64,000 bases of DNA from Octopus vulgaris (GCA_951406725.2 OX597823.1:34906001-34970000); one strand, 5' to 3'; positions 38,023-51,469 are shown, counted from the first letter of the stretch. The notes: generated by a model from the letters alone, not told the origin. Made by a program: numbers and translations.

Positions 38023-38217
38023 TTGTCCCCCCCAACATCGCTTGACAACCGATGCTGCTGTGTTTATGTCCCCGTCACTTAGCGGTTCGGCAAAAGAGAC
38101 CGATAGAATAAGTGCTAGGCTTACAAAGAATAAGTCCAGAGGTCGATTTGCTTGACCAAAGGCGGTGCCCCAGCATGGCCGCAGTCAAATGACTGAAACA
38201 AGTAAAAGAGTATAAAA
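37931..38217 (+). mobile_element. CORE-like SINE family B, 5'-truncated
   Basis: Homologous to 60922-61287. Tail ggcggtgccccagcatggccgcagtcaaatgactgaaacaagtaaaagag. Confidence 0.8.
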
Positions 38218-38347
38218 GATTGACTCATTGAAAAAGAGAGATTATGACTGATAAAATAACGAAAGCAATATTTACTAAGCAAGTGAGCACTATTATACAA
38301 AGAAATAATTAGACATAAAATATTGTAAAAATTATTAGAATTGGGAA

Positions 38348-38643
38348 TCATCATCATCATCATTCGCTTTCCATGCTAGCATGGGTTGGACGGTTCAACT
38401 GGGGTCTGTGAAGCCAGAAGGCTGCATCAGGCCCAGTCTGATCTGGCAGTGTTTCTATGGCTGGATGCCCTTCCTAACGCCAACCACTCCATGAGTGTAG
38501 TGGGTGCTTTTTACGTGCCACCCGCACAGGTGCCAGACGGAGCTGGCAAACGGCCACGGACGGATGGTGCTTTTTACGTGCCACTGGCATGGGCCAGGCG
38601 AGGCTGGCAACGGCCACAAACGGATGGTGCTTTTTACGTGCCA
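38348..38643 (-). mobile_element. RTE 3' UTR fragment
   Basis: Reverse complement of the family tail, with three tttttacgtgcca units. Confidence 0.85.
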
Positions 38644-39216
38644 GAAAACTGCCTGGAGGACAGTCTTTCTGCTTGTAATAATAATAGGAAAAAGAAGAAA
38701 AAAAAAAGAATATTAACTGTGGGGTATTAGTAATAAGGATTGGCATAGACATTAATAATATCTCCCCCTGTAAAGTGGATGATGTTAAGAAAGGCTTCCA
38801 GCTATAGAAACCAAGCCACAACAGACAATGGAGCCTGGTGCAATCTTCTGGCTTAGCACCTCTTGTCAAACTGTCCAACCCATGATAACATTAAATATTA
38901 ACATAGTAAACGTCCTAAAGAATTGTTGGAGTGGAACTTGGTGAAATAACAGAATGAAAAAGTAAATGAGTCTGACAACTCTTTGCTTTCACCAACACTT
39001 TATTTATGTAGATTGAAGTATACTTGAAATGTGAACAAAAAGATGATGGATAATATATGACAAATTGAGAGTAATGTAATAAATGATAATATATGTGTGT
39101 TTAGTTATAATCCTCTATGCCCTCCCCAAGTCTTTGGAGGGAAGCAAAGAAGACTGATAATATGTAGTAAATGGTTAAAGAAAATGGGATAATTAATGTG
39201 AGAGACGGTTAATATT

Positions 39217-39627
39217 TATTTCTTTATTGCCTACAAGGGGCTAGAAATAGAGGAGCAAACAAGGACAGTCAAAGGGATTAATTCGATTACATCGACCCCA
39301 GTGCATAACTGGTACTTATGTAATCAACCCCGAAAGGATGAAAGGCAAAGTCAACCTTGGCAGGATTTTAACTCAGAACATAACAGCAGATGAAATACCT
39401 ATTTCTTTACTACCCACAAGGGGCTAAACACAAAGGGGACAAACAAGGACAGACAAACAGATTAAGTCGATTATATCGACCCCAGTGCGTAATTGTTATT
39501 TAATCAACCCCAAAAGGATGAAAGGCAAAGTCGACCTCGGCAGAATTTGAACTCAGAATGTAGCAGCAGATGGAAATACCGCTAAGCATTTCGCCCAGCA
39601 TGCTAACGATTCTGCCAGCTCGCCGCC
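39217..39627 (-). mobile_element. SINE family C with tandemly duplicated body
   Basis: Head ggcggcgagctggcagaatcgttagc. A ~185-bp unit (caaggggcta...aaaggatgaaaggcaaagtc...aactcagaa) occurs twice. Confidence 0.75.
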
Positions 39628-39639
39628 CTACACTTAAGT

Positions 39640-42250
39640 AATATTGAAGGTGTGACAATCAAGGGGCAATGTGTCAGTTGTGCATCAGGCTTTGCCACTC
39701 TGGCGGAGCGATGAACGTGGTGATTGTTGGGTAGGGGATCAGCTGCATCAGGCTTGGAGACCAGGGACATCATGTGGTCGTAAGGCTTGTCCTGAAGTAG
39801 GTGAGGTGATGAAGGTGGGGCAAGTTGGTGTGGCTCTGGGGGTAGGTGGTAGAGATGGGTTCCCAGTTGTGATGGTCTTTGTATCAGGAAGTGTGCATGT
39901 TGTGTAGGCCTGAAATATTGGTGGTGTAGCTGCATGAGGAGCTGTTAAACTGGGTTGAGAAAGTAGTTTTGTTGGCATCAGGAATGCAGGTGGTATAGGG
40001 GCCATGAGTAGTGGTGCATGATGAACAACTAGTAGATACTTCGAATTTTCTGTTGTGCAGTATGACAGGGCCTGAACCATCCACTCTCACCACGTACTAA
40101 TCAAACTGGTGTACCTCTACAATGACACCAATTGTATCCCATTGTATAGGATTGGGTCCAAATTGATTCTGGAAGTAATCGAAAACTAGGCTTTGGAGTA
40201 GACAGGGTTCATTGGATGCATGGGAGAGTGCTTGGCTGTGAGGGTGCCATTTAGTTGCAGGCTGAGCATTGCTCCCACATCTCAATGATGGCTGGGGTCA
40301 TGCCTGGCCAGAAGAAGGATGTTTCTGCTCTGGAACGCATTTGTGTCATGCCCTGATGTTCTGAGTGTAATGCCTGGAGGACCTGCATGCGAAGGGAGAG
40401 AGGTATAAGAACCCTGTCATGATACAGGATAACTCCATCGAAGCTGGTGAGTTCATCAATAAACTGATAATACTGCCACTGCTCTGGGGGTACTTTGGAA
40501 CAGTCCTCTGGGGAACTGTCCTTGATTGCATCTATGAGTTTGGTCATGCTTGGGTCACTGATAGTAGCAGTGCAGACTATGTCCCTAACCAGTGAAATGT
40601 AGTCACTGTGAAAGCACTTTGTAGTGTTGCCATCTCCAGTAGAGTGGATAGTTGCTAGGAAAGATTGTGGCAGAGATGAGTGGCTCAGTTGGAGGAGTTG
40701 TTGCTGTAATATCATCTGGGAGGTCTCGTAGTGTGGGCTGTCCGATAGGGTGGTGTGTGACAGCATCAGCTGCTGCATGGCAAGTGCTTGGTACACGAAT
40801 GATGCTGAAGTTATACCACAGGGTTTTTTCTTTCAGTTTATGCAATTAAGGGTTTGGGATGTCGTCCAGGCAGTGATCGCCAATTACTTTCAAGAGAGGT
40901 ATGTGGTCAACTGCGACAATGAGTTTGGTGCAGCCATAGGTGAAGTAGCATACTTTTTCCAATGCATCGGTAACTGTCAGTGCTTCACTCTCCACTGATG
41001 TGTAATGAGATCCTGCCACTGAAGTGAAGTGGCTCCCAACCAGGATGATTTTCCTGCCAGATTTGCAGCAAAAGGTGTGGGGGTGAAAGGCAATTGCAGT
41101 GTTTTTAGAACAGCCAGAAGCCAATGCTGTCTTTGCTCCAGTCAGTGGCAAAGCAAGTCGGCTTGGTTTTGTTGAAAATCTCCTCACCTCTTTGGATCTT
41201 CTTGATGATGATTGATTTTGATTCCTCAAAGAGCCTATTCAGCTGGTTTGCACCTACAAGTCCATACAAACCGGGTGCCTGGCTTGAGTTCCCAGAATAG
41301 CAACACTTGTTTGGCAGAAATGAAAGCATAGGAGACTTTGTTGATCAGACTGAATCAGCTGTGGATATCGGTGATGTTCTTAGGGGTGGAAAAGTCATGG
41401 ATTGCCTTATGAACCAGGCACGGGGTTTCACTGTGGTAGGGGTGATCTCAAACCCGGCAAATTCGAACTTAGTGGGATTCAGAATGATGCCATTGGATGG
41501 CCTGAAAGAAAACTTCCTCAATGGTGTTCAACCACATCAAGGTGTCATTGATGCACTTCATTTTCTGGGGGATGCTTGAAACAATCTCATTGAACCGTCA
41601 GTTGTAACCGTCCCCTGAAGTGATGTAATCCCTGTGGTGCAATGCAATAGTAGAAGCGGCCCCAGGGCATGATGTAGGTTAGGCGGCAGTCCCTCTCATC
41701 CAGGGCAATGCTGTGGTAGCCATTCCCAGCGTCGAAGAGTTTTTCGGGTGTGGGGTGGTACAGAGTAAGCTTGGTGAAATTGGGATTGGGTGTGATGTGT
41801 CTCACAGACCACGTGTCAGTTGAGGGGCTGAAGATTGACAGTTCACCGAGGTTTTCCAGATTTGTTGGGGCATACCACCATTCTGTGGCACCAGGTGACA
41901 GGTGTACTAATGGGGACAGGCTCGATAACTCCAAGTTGGATGTCATGGTTGATACCTGTTTTCACTTCCTCTTGCCAATGAACCAGGGCTGGTATGGGTG
42001 ACTGGTTTAGCATCAGGGTCCACCATTAAGTAGATCAGTGGGCCAGACATCTTAGGGAGTTGCTGATGTTCACAGACGTTGAATGTGCTGGAGCTGTAGT
42101 ATTCTAGCTGCCACTTCTCCTGGGACCATGGTTCTCCTCAGTGGCCGGCAATGGTAGTGAGGTGGGAGGAGGTGGGGTGTTTGTTATAGGGAGCAGATGC
42201 ACACATTCTGAATCCTTGTTGCAGGAGATGTTTCCAGTAGGGTGCCAACA
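39640..42250 (-). mobile_element. Decayed Ty3/Gypsy pol
   Basis: FDAGNGYHSIALD...MPWGRFYYCIAPQG (RT), ATDWSKDSIGFWL and VESEAL...VAVDH (RNase H), HSEHQG...FFWPGM...CSACN (integrase Zn finger). Confidence 0.88.
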
Positions 42251-43345
42251 TTCTGCCTAGAAGCAGTCACTCCTCTTGACTACATGTAATCCCTGGGTGG
42301 ACTGTTGGTAGACATTGAGATGTGTATCTTCCAGTTTTGTTATCTTCTGCAGATAGAAGTGCAATGACTTCTTGTACTAGAGGCAACTAAGTATGGAAGC
42401 ATGGCTTACAACGTTTCCAGATGGAGGGACCAATCTCTGATTTGTTGTGATCACATGGATGACTTCATGTCTATCATCTCCATGTATTGCAGCCACAGAC
42501 GTGTGTTTGGGTTCTTCTGGTAGAACTTCATACTTGACATTAGCAAGTTCATCACCACGTGATATGAATTTCTTAATGCCTATGTGTTGTACTACAACGA
42601 TCTCCTCTGCTGTCATAGACATGTTTTACCACTGAGGTGCCATCACATTCGGGTGTTACTACTGCTAAAATGCCCATTCCATAGAATGACACAGAACTGT
42701 CAAGAGTCCTAGTGTCATGATCCATGTTATTGGCCACATATTAATCAAACTGTCCAGGGAGGAACTCCAGAATGTCCAATCCCTGGTTGACAGCTGCACT
42801 CCATTCATATTTTTGCACCTCTGAATATGAACTACAGAATCCATGGGCATTCAGTGTGTCACTCATAAATCTTGAGGCATAATGTGAATGCTTTTGCACA
42901 CCTAGACCTAATTGCAATGGTACAGTTAGAACTCTGGTGCTAGCAGCCTGCTTTATCACATGCCCCAATGAGCACACCTTCATCTGTTTTTCTTTTCCAA
43001 CAATACGGTGTTCAGTAGTAAGCATTGTGATTCTGGAATATGCTTCTGAGATATCACTCATAGAAAGACTAGTTGAGTAAGTGTCCTTCAGTTGTACAAC
43101 TGACTTAACATCATTTCAAATAAGGTCGGTCACATTTTCTATCAGTCTCAACTTCTCCACTTCCGGATCACTATCCTTAGGCTGTTTATAGAAGTCATTC
43201 AGGATCACAGAAGCTGTACCTCAGGATGTTATAATATTTTGAATACCATTGATTTCAGTTATTATTATTCTCTCTCTAAAATGATCAAGAAGTTCATCTT
43301 TCATGTGAGTAAAACCATAAGGTTCTAGATTGGTGTCTTCCAGGA
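42250..43345 (-). mobile_element. DNA transposon transposase remnant, probably Academ-like
   Basis: PLQLGLGVQKHSHYASRFMSDTLNAHGFCSSYSEVQKYE followed by YVANNMDHD.RTLD...FYGMGI. Family assignment is from motif recall. Confidence 0.55.
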
Positions 43346-43740
43346 ACTGCCTTATTTTGTTAGTGGATAGAATACTGCTATATTTATGAGTAGCTGGAAA
43401 GTTATTGGATGTAATTGAAAATATTTTCTTGCATAATTTTCCTGTAACTGCTACATTATATGGTATGTTATACCATATATAGTTGCGTGATTTACAGTTC
43501 TTACGTTTAGGAATTCTTTTATTGTTAGTATTACTCCTATCGGTAGGGTTTTCCCTAACTGAATTTTTGTCGGTGTGGTTTCTTTCTTTATGTTTTTTTA
43601 TCTTAACCTCATTTGTATTTATGCTGGTTGTATCTGTGCTTTTATTAGACCTATTTACTTTACCTCCGTTTAAAGAGCCAACTCTAGAATCTCTAATTTG
43701 TTTATATGATGGATGCTCTGGATGGTTTATCATTTAAGTT
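43346..43740 (-). mobile_element. Penelope-like linker fragment
   Basis: IWYNIPYNVAVTGKLCKKIFSITSNNFPATHKYSSILSTNKIR resembles the PLE IWFNPPY...FP..H.....FN motif. Confidence 0.65.
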
Positions 43741-43799
43741 TTTAACAATTAAGTTTTTAACAAAGGGATTTTCTGGGAGTAGAGGGCTTGATTATAATG

Positions 43800-43972
43800 A
43801 TCAATACTTCCTAGACTGTCGCCCAGACCCCACACCCAGCACCCTTCTCCACCTGGCAGAGCTTGTCCTCTCCCTCAACTGCTTTACGTTCGCCGGGGAA
43901 ACCTACCAACAGTAGTCTGGGGCCGCAATGGGAGCGAGAATGGGCCCCAATTTTGCCAACCTCTTTGTTGGC
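43800..43972 (+). mobile_element. Penelope-like RT fragment
   Basis: TLLHLAELVLSLNCFTFAGETYQQ*SGAAMGARMGPNFANLFVG. Confidence 0.85.
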
Positions 43973-44335
43973 CCTTTTTCCAGTTGTTCAGTATTTCCTC
44001 AATCATTTTTTGGAAGATGATTGGTAATGTTTTGACCTTTACTTTAAGCATCTCAGCACAAACTCCATCTAATCCTGATGATTTGCCATTTTTTAATTTA
44101 TGGATAGCTTTTATGACTTCATTCACTGTGATCTCTCCAATGTTGATTTCCAAGTCCTTACCCATTTCTTTTATTTTGGTAGAGATTATGGGTTCTGGGC
44201 GATTAAGGATAGTTTGGAAGTGATTCTTCCATTGTTCTAGCTTGGCTTTTTCATCAGTTATTTTGATTCCATCTGCACCTTGTACAGGTAGATCTTCCTT
44301 GGTCTTCACTATGCAGTCTTTTCATTATTTTGTAC
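43970..44335 (-). mobile_element. RTE-like LINE fragment
   Basis: EQWKNHFQTILNRPEP...EVIKAIHKLKNGKSSGLDGVCAEMLK...NWKKG. Confidence 0.8.
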
Positions 44336-44609
44336 AGTGATCTTAAATCTTTATGTTTCGCAATTAATTCAGCTGTATGTATGCATGCACACGCACACAC
44401 ACACATACAACATAATTGAAGAAAAGGGAAGTCAAATCTATGTTATGAGCGTTATGTTATTGATTCCATACTTCATACAAAGTTATGTAACATATGCGAT
44501 ATATGTAGCAGATGTAATGGCATTATTGTTCATTCACTTCCTCCAAACACCCATTTGAATCACAATCGATTTATGAAATAAACCTGTGATGCAGGATAAT
44601 TTTATATCA

Positions 44610-44842
44610 ATTCCTGAGTGTATCAAGTCATCTGCTCAGTCTGGAGCAACGGCATCATACTGCCTGACTGGAAGAGAAACATAATTATCCCACTTTATAA
44701 AGATTGCCAAGACTGCATCAATTATAGGGCTGTTACACACCTCTCAGTGCCTAGTAATTGCCAGGGTCATCCTGAACAGAGTGCAATATCATCTGCTTGT
44801 GTCTCAGCAGTTGGAGCAGTCAGAGTTCAGGCCTAAGAAATC
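44610..44842 (+). mobile_element. RTE-like LINE RT fragment
   Basis: VWSNGIILPDWKRNIIIPLYK...INYRAVTHLSVP...EQSEFRPKKS. Confidence 0.7.
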
Positions 44843-45440
44843 AAGTTTCCAGTGGCATGGGTGCTTCAAAAGTGGAAGAACATCCCTGGAAGATGATGAG
44901 TGATCTGGAAGACCTGCCATGAGTGCTAACCTTGGAAATGTGGTATTATGCTTTGAGAATTTGTCCCCCAAGGTCAAGTTACCCATCAAGAGTCCTACTG
45001 CGATATTTTGAAGACATTCAGTGAAAGTGACTGGATCTATGGAGCGTGAAGAACTGGATTCTTCACAACAACAGTGCACCATGTCGATGAGCTCTTATCA
45101 CTCATGAGTTTCTTGCCAAAAACAACATGGTATCACTTCTGCATCTACCCTATTCACCAGAATTAGCACCTGCAGACTCCCATCTTTTCTCCAAGATGAA
45201 AATGCAGCTCAGAAGTTGCCATTTTAGCATCATTGTCGAGATCAAGAGCAAATCACAGAAGGTCCTCATCTCACTTATGGAATATGACTTTCAGGCTAGA
45301 TTCCAAAAGATACAGGAATGCTGAGACTGGTGTATTGCTGTGCAATGTGACTATTTTGAAAGAAATGATTTACTTAGCTAAATAAGTTTTTTTTTTTCTT
45401 AAACATAACTGGTCCGGAAACTTTTTGATACCACCTCATA
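44843..45440 (+). mobile_element. Internally deleted mariner transposon
   Basis: FQWHGCFKSGRTSLEDDE*SGRP and LPYSPELAPADSHLF (YSPDLAP motif). TIR-like end tccggaaactttttgataccacctcaTA. Confidence 0.85.
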
Positions 45441-46057
45441 TAACTAACAAACTAATCATTTATTATTCAGTCTTAATATATTCCGTGATGATTGTATTTT
45501 GTGCTAAGGAATAATATATTATTCTGTTTGCTTAGTTTTAAGAAACCTCTGCATTAATTTTCTTGGACTATTGTTGAAAGGTTCATAAAGGCATAAAAAT
45601 GGTTAATATTTTGTTATATCCTGTTCAACAAAGTAAATTAACTTTTTCATTTATACTTGTCTATCTGATACTTAAATGGAGAAATTTACTTTTCATGTTT
45701 CAAATTGGAACCCAATATAACTTCTGTTCAAAATTAGAAATTATGCAACATTAATATATAATTTGAATTACATCATCTTTTAATAGAGACCATCAATTAA
45801 ATATTATAGTATGACAGTCAATTCATACTTTTTCCATATAAAATGTCAGTAATCTCATTTGATCTGAAATGGTTTGAAAATATTTTACTTGCTGTATGTT
45901 TTTTTTTTAATATATCGATGTTTGAATATGTATCTCTTATAATTCTACTAAAGATAGTGAGTTGTTAATTATAGAATTTAGACTTGTAAATATATTCATT
46001 GAGTTAAAAATTTATCCAATGACCAACACTGACTGGAATGCAACTTTTTTCTTATAG

Positions 46058-46099
46058 GCAATACACCATTGCATCTTGCTGTCATTCTTGGACACAAAG
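46058..46099 (+). CDS. ANKRD13C: ANKRD13C-like exon 2 (ankyrin repeat)
   Basis: ttttcttatag acceptor, GNTPLHLAVILGHK, G|GTAAAT donor. 42 nt, phase 1 to 1. Confidence 0.93.
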
Positions 46100-46251
46100 G
46101 TAAATAATATTTCTTGGCTTATTTATTAGTTTTATAGATATATTTCAAATATTTCAGTAAACTACAAACAAATCAAATGTATTTATTTGAATCATCGTTA
46201 TATCTTATTTGTAGTGGTGATGTTAGCTATGTGGCTCTGTGGAGCTATCAA

Positions 46252-46562
46252 GTATTGGGTCATCCCATAAATAATGTGGGTTTTTTTCAATTGCATGAAC
46301 TAGAAGTCGAAGGGGGATGGGATAAACTACCTGCATCAACTTGCTATAAAAGCAGATAGTAATTTTAACTTGTACTTATTTTTAGTGCAAGTTTTGAAGA
46401 GTGCAGTTTGATTTTAACAGTTATTTTTTCAAAGTTATAATGGAAGTGACGAAGGAGCATATTCGGCATATTTTGCTTTGTGAGTTCAATAAAGGCACCA
46501 ATGCAACGGAAAGTGCAAGGAATATTAATGCAGCATATGAGGATTGGACAATAAGTGTAAGA
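46252..46562 (+). mobile_element. mariner 5' end (TIR plus N-terminal HTH)
   Basis: TAttgggtcatcccataaataatg end, then MEVTKEHIRHILLCEFNKGTNATESARNINAAY. Confidence 0.8.
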
Positions 46563-46979
46563 AAGGTGTGTAGTGTCTGATCATCGCAATGACTATGACA
46601 AAGAAAATTGAGCAGAGAATCATCATCATTGTCATTTAATGTCCGCTTTCCATGCTGGCAGCTAGAAGGCTGTACCAGGCTCCTGCATCAAATTTTACCA
46701 AAAGCTTGGCATTACCTGCTTAGAGGCCTATGCAAAGTTTTCAAAGTCATCATCGTTCTCAACACAAGGAGATCTTGTGCAACTGAAACCCGAGTGTTTA
46801 TTCTGGCCATTTAGATAAACTATCTACTACCACTAAGTATTGTATTTGTGTCTGTAAGTGTATACATGTGTATTTTTCATACTGAATTTAAATTACTCCG
46901 TGGAACTGTAGAACCCATGATGTAAGTAATAAATTTTAGAGTACTTTTGTTTATTTCAGTTTTATTTTCATCTTTACAG

Positions 46980-47084
46980 AATGTATCAAGCTTCTCTTAG
47001 ATCATGGCTCTCCAATCCGAATAAAAAATTGTTTAGGCTGGACACCTTTGGCAGAAGCTGTGAGCTATGGTAACCGAAAAACAA
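46980..47084 (+). CDS. ANKRD13C: ANKRD13C-like exon 3 (ankyrin repeat)
   Basis: ECIKLLLDHGSPIRIKNCLGWTPLAEAVSYGNRKT carries the family motif GWSPLAEAISYG. tttacag acceptor, A|GTGAGT donor. Confidence 0.95.
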
Positions 47085-47513
47085 GTGAGTAATATCTTTT
47101 TAGATGACAGTTTTTTTTAAAAACTTCATGTATTTCAATATATGCTTCCTTTAAGTTTTGCAAATGAAGAATTTAAATGAAGAAATCAATATAAGAGAGA
47201 AATTTGATGTAGTATCACTACTATCCAAAATCAAATTTAACTTGGATTAACAAGGGAGCTGTGACTTAATCATTTGACCTATAAACTTGACCTATAAAGT
47301 AGTCCATCTTTGTGATAACAACAAGGATGGTATGACCACTGTTGAAATTGGAAATTCATGATATATTGACTAAGGGTATGATATCTTCAGAATGACGAAA
47401 AAGATTATAAATTACCAATTCAACAAATATAAAAGTACTAGAGTACCTAATGATAGGTGATGTTTTACTAAACTTTGTGATAATTACATTTTGGTTTCTA
47501 TATATAAATATGT

Positions 47514-47815
47514 GGAGGTGCAATGGCCCAGTGGTTAGGGCAGCAGACTCGTGGTCGTAGGATTGCAGTTTCGATTCCAAGACCGGGCATTGTGAGTGTT
47601 TACTGAGCAAAAACACACAAAGCTCCACAAGGCTCCGGCAGAGGGTGATGACAATCCCTGCTGTACATTTTCACCACAACTTTCTCTCACTCTTTCTTCT
47701 GTTGGCCTGCCCGCTTAGCCAGCTGGGTGGCATCATTTGAAGGATAAAACAATGCAAAGCGCATTGTGACCAATGTGTAGCAACATCTGATAGCCTGGTC
47801 GATCACGGTGACAGT
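47514..47815 (+). mobile_element. tRNA-derived SINE, family A, copy 2
   Basis: A box tggcccagtgg and B-like box gtttcgattcc. Head and body are shared with the 1389 copy; the tail differs. Confidence 0.78.
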
Positions 47816-48347
47816 GATATATAAATATTCAATTTTTCCAATTGGAAGAATCATTGACAGATGACAGTTGCTAATGACAGTATAATGATGTACACAAAAA
47901 CGCAAAAATAACTTGTAAATAAGGAAATTATATTTATCACTCCCCAAATATACAGATTTGATTACTTTTAATATGTACAATGTGTTGTAGTCAATGATTA
48001 ACTCATTATTTTACCTTATCTTATTTTCTATAATAAACGCTCTACCTAATTTTACAAATGTTGTATTCAAAACTGCTTAAATATATGCATATTTACACAT
48101 GGGCACATGATATTACAAACAGGTTACATACATTTTGTAAAGGTTTTTCAAGAGACAGTAGGTTTAGTTTATACAAAAGCTCTGCATCTACAACACATTT
48201 CATTTGAAGCAAAAGCTTCAAATGTATATAATAAGCATTATTATTTACATTCACTACAAAAGTCTCTGAAGAAATGTAGACATGAGGAGGCACCAACACA
48301 TATTGACCTGAATTTTTAATTACAAATTTTTTTGTTTTTTGTTCTGC

Positions 48348-48730
48348 TTAACCCTTTAGTGTTTAGACTGGCCATAACCAGCTGAAAATTATTCTCCTTT
48401 ATTTGTTTGAACCGGCCAAATCTGGTCATATCTGATTTCTGTATGAAATTGCTAAAGAATAAACAAATTACATTATTGAATTCTCATAGCTTTGTGATAA
48501 TGCATGATAAAACTTTTCCTGCCTTCATTCAAGTAAAATTACAGTGAAATTTTTGAGAATTCTTGGTTTTTTCTGTTCGTAGAGAAGTGTATATTTTAGT
48601 TTTTAATGACATGGTGTCAGCAAGTAGTGATTCTGACTTCAAAGGTTTTACTCTTGATGATGTACAACAGTGATTTGTCTTTGGACGAATCATATTGACA
48701 TTTATGAATCTTCATTGGATGAGGAAGATT
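48348..48730 (+). mobile_element. piggyBac-like left end with internal remnant
   Basis: TTAAccctttagtgttt terminus related to the 15303 MITE, and an SDSDFKGF-like acidic N-terminal remnant. Confidence 0.5.
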
Positions 48731-49483
48731 TTTATAATGCCATATTAAAGCCATATTATATCTTCATAGATAAATACATATTTTTTTACCTTAAAAATAA
48801 ATATTTAACATAATAAATGGGTTGTAGGAAATAATCCTAATGTTTTAAGTTTCTAATTTAGATAATGGAGTTTTTTCTATAAGAAAAATTATTATTATTT
48901 TATTTATTTCTTTAAAATATTGTTTAACTCTATTTGTTTATTTATTTAACTGTTATCATTAACTTGAAGATTGACTATAATTTTAGTTCGAATTTATTTC
49001 AATTGAATTTAAACTTAATTGTAATTCGAATTTAATTATAGCCATGAAACATACGTAGTGTTTTTACCTATTATATTATATTTATCATTCTTTTTATACT
49101 TAAAAAAAAAAACTATATCTACTATATATATATATATATTATATTTTATATTAATTATATTTATATTATTTGTTATTTATGTATTCGTTTATGTTTATCA
49201 CTGTTTGAGTTGCATAATAGTGGTTTTATCTCTAATTCATATTTTATATATTTATACTGTGAAATTTGATTTAATACTAAATTGAATTTCTCCCTGTAAG
49301 TTTGGAGCTATACTCCCTAATATTATTATTATATATATGTGTGTGTGTGTTGAAGCAAGGTCTAAAATCAAAGGGCCTTAAATTTAATTTAGCAAAAAGC
49401 ATAGTTTTAGTAAGTAAGAGAGCAGATAAATCACAAATCCCTTCAGTTAAATGGCTCTGCATGGTACATAGAAAAAGCAAAGG

Positions 49484-50313
49484 TAGAAACTAAGATGTAC
49501 CCAGTGCAAGCTATGGACACAGAAAAGGCGCAGCAATATCAGAGGAAGATAGTCTCCATCAAATGGCAGTAGGGAAAGCTAGAAATAGTTGATAGCTTCT
49601 GTTATCCAGGTGACCAAGTCAGTAGCAGAGGTGGATGCTCCGAGAGCATAGCTGCCAGAATAAGAATTGGCTGAGCAAAGTTCAGAGAGCTCCTACCTCT
49701 GTTGGTAACAGCCATGCTACTTGGCAGTGAAACATGAGCTGTAATTGCAAAGGACATGTGAAGGCTTGAAAGGAATGAAGCTAGTATGCTTCATTGGATG
49801 TGCAATGTCAGTGTGCACATATGACAGAGAATAAACATCTTGAGAGAAAAATTCGGCATAAGCATCAGATGAGGTGTGTTAGAGAGACCCCTGTGTTGGT
49901 ATGGTCAAGTGATGCATATGGACAAGGACAGCTGTATGAAAAAGTACTGATCCCAAACTGTGGAGGGAACTTGTGGAAGAGATAGACCCAGGAAGACATG
50001 GGATGTGGTGGTGAAGCATGGTTTTCGAATGTTGGACCTCATGGAGGCGATGACAAGTGACCAAAACATTTGGCAGTATGCTGTGTTTGAGAAGACTTGT
50101 CAAGCCAAGTGAAATTGTAGTCATGGCTGATGACAGTGTCATGTAACTGGCACCCATGCTGGTGGCACATTAAAGCACCCAGTCTTGGAGTGGTTGGCAT
50201 TAGGAAGGAGATCCAACCACAGAAACCATGCCAAATCAGACTCCAGCTCACCAGTTTTAGTCAAACCATCTAACCCATACCAGCATACAAAGCAGATGCT
50301 AGATGATGATGAT
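49484..50313 (+). mobile_element. Older RTE LINE 3' portion
   Basis: FCYPGDQV...ARIRIG*AKFRELLPLL, GSET and RDRPRKTW peptides, then a 3' UTR and (GAT)n tail. Confidence 0.8.
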
Positions 50314-51465
50314 GGAGCTCTTACTTCTGCTGGTGACAAAGGGCCTCTCACTCAGAGTAAAAGGTAGACTGTATGACGCTTGTGTACGAACAGCCATGCT
50401 ACATGGCAGTGAAACATGGGCTGTGAAGGCTGAGGACATGCATAAGCTCACAAGGAATGAAGCTAGTATGATCTGATGGATGTGTAATGTCAGTGTGCAT
50501 ACGCAACAGAGTGTAAGTACCTTCAGAGAAAAGTTGGACCTAAGAGGCATCAGATGTGGTGTGCAAGAGAGATGACTGCACTGGTATGATCGTGTGGCGA
50601 GAATGGATGAGGATAGCTGTGTGAAAAAGTGCCACACCCTAGCGGTTGATGGAACCTGTGGAAGAGGTAGACCCAGGAAGACTTAGGATGAAGAGGTTAA
50701 GCACGACCTTCGAACTTTAGGCCTCACCGAGGAAATGACTAGCGACCGAGACTTTTGGAAATATGCTGTGCTTGAGAAGACCCAGCAAGCCAAATGAGAC
50801 CATAACCTCGTGACCTATGCCAGGAGCATAACCAGCCCACTTATGCATACCTTTTCCTTCTTTGGACACTAAACTCTGCTTGCGAAGACCTGTTGAGGCA
50901 AGTAAAATCAAAATCAAATTTGATGACTGGCATCCGTGCTTGCGGGGTGCAAAGAGCACCATATGAGTGTGAACATTGACAGAGTGGCTAACCAGCTTCT
51001 GTGCCAGTGGCAACATAAAAGGTACCATTTGAGTGTGATCATTACCAGTGTCACCTTACCGGCACTTGTGCCCGTACTAGTAGGGTGCCAAGAGCACAAT
51101 CTGAGCATGATCGTTGCCAGAGCAGTCAACTGGCTTCTGTGTCGGTGGCACGTAAAAGGGCACTATTCGAGTGTGTTCATTACCAACGTCGCCTTACTGG
51201 CACCTGTGCCGGTGGCATGTGTAAAAAGATTCGAGCAAGGTCATTGCCTGTACCACCTGACTGGCCCCTGTGCAGGTGGCGCGTAAAAAGCACCCACTAC
51301 ACTCTCAGAGTGGTTGGTGTTAGGTAGGGCATCCAGCTGTAGAAACACTGCCAGATCAAGATTGGAGCCTGGCGCAGCCTTCTGGTTCGCCAGCCCTCAG
51401 TCAAAATCGTCCAACCCATGCTAGTATGGAAAGCAGACGTTAAACAATGATGATGATGATGATGA
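50314..51465 (+). mobile_element. RTE LINE: ORF C-terminus plus full 3' UTR
   Basis: GLSLRVKGRLYDACVRTAMLHGSETWAV...WYDRVARMDEDSCVKKC...GRGRPRKT, a UTR with repeated units, and a (GAT)n tail. Confidence 0.9.
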
Positions 51466-51469
51466 TATA

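Noticed and set aside
47514-47590. Possible tRNA gene
   Set aside because: It continues into a SINE body shared with the copy at 1389, so it is a SINE head.
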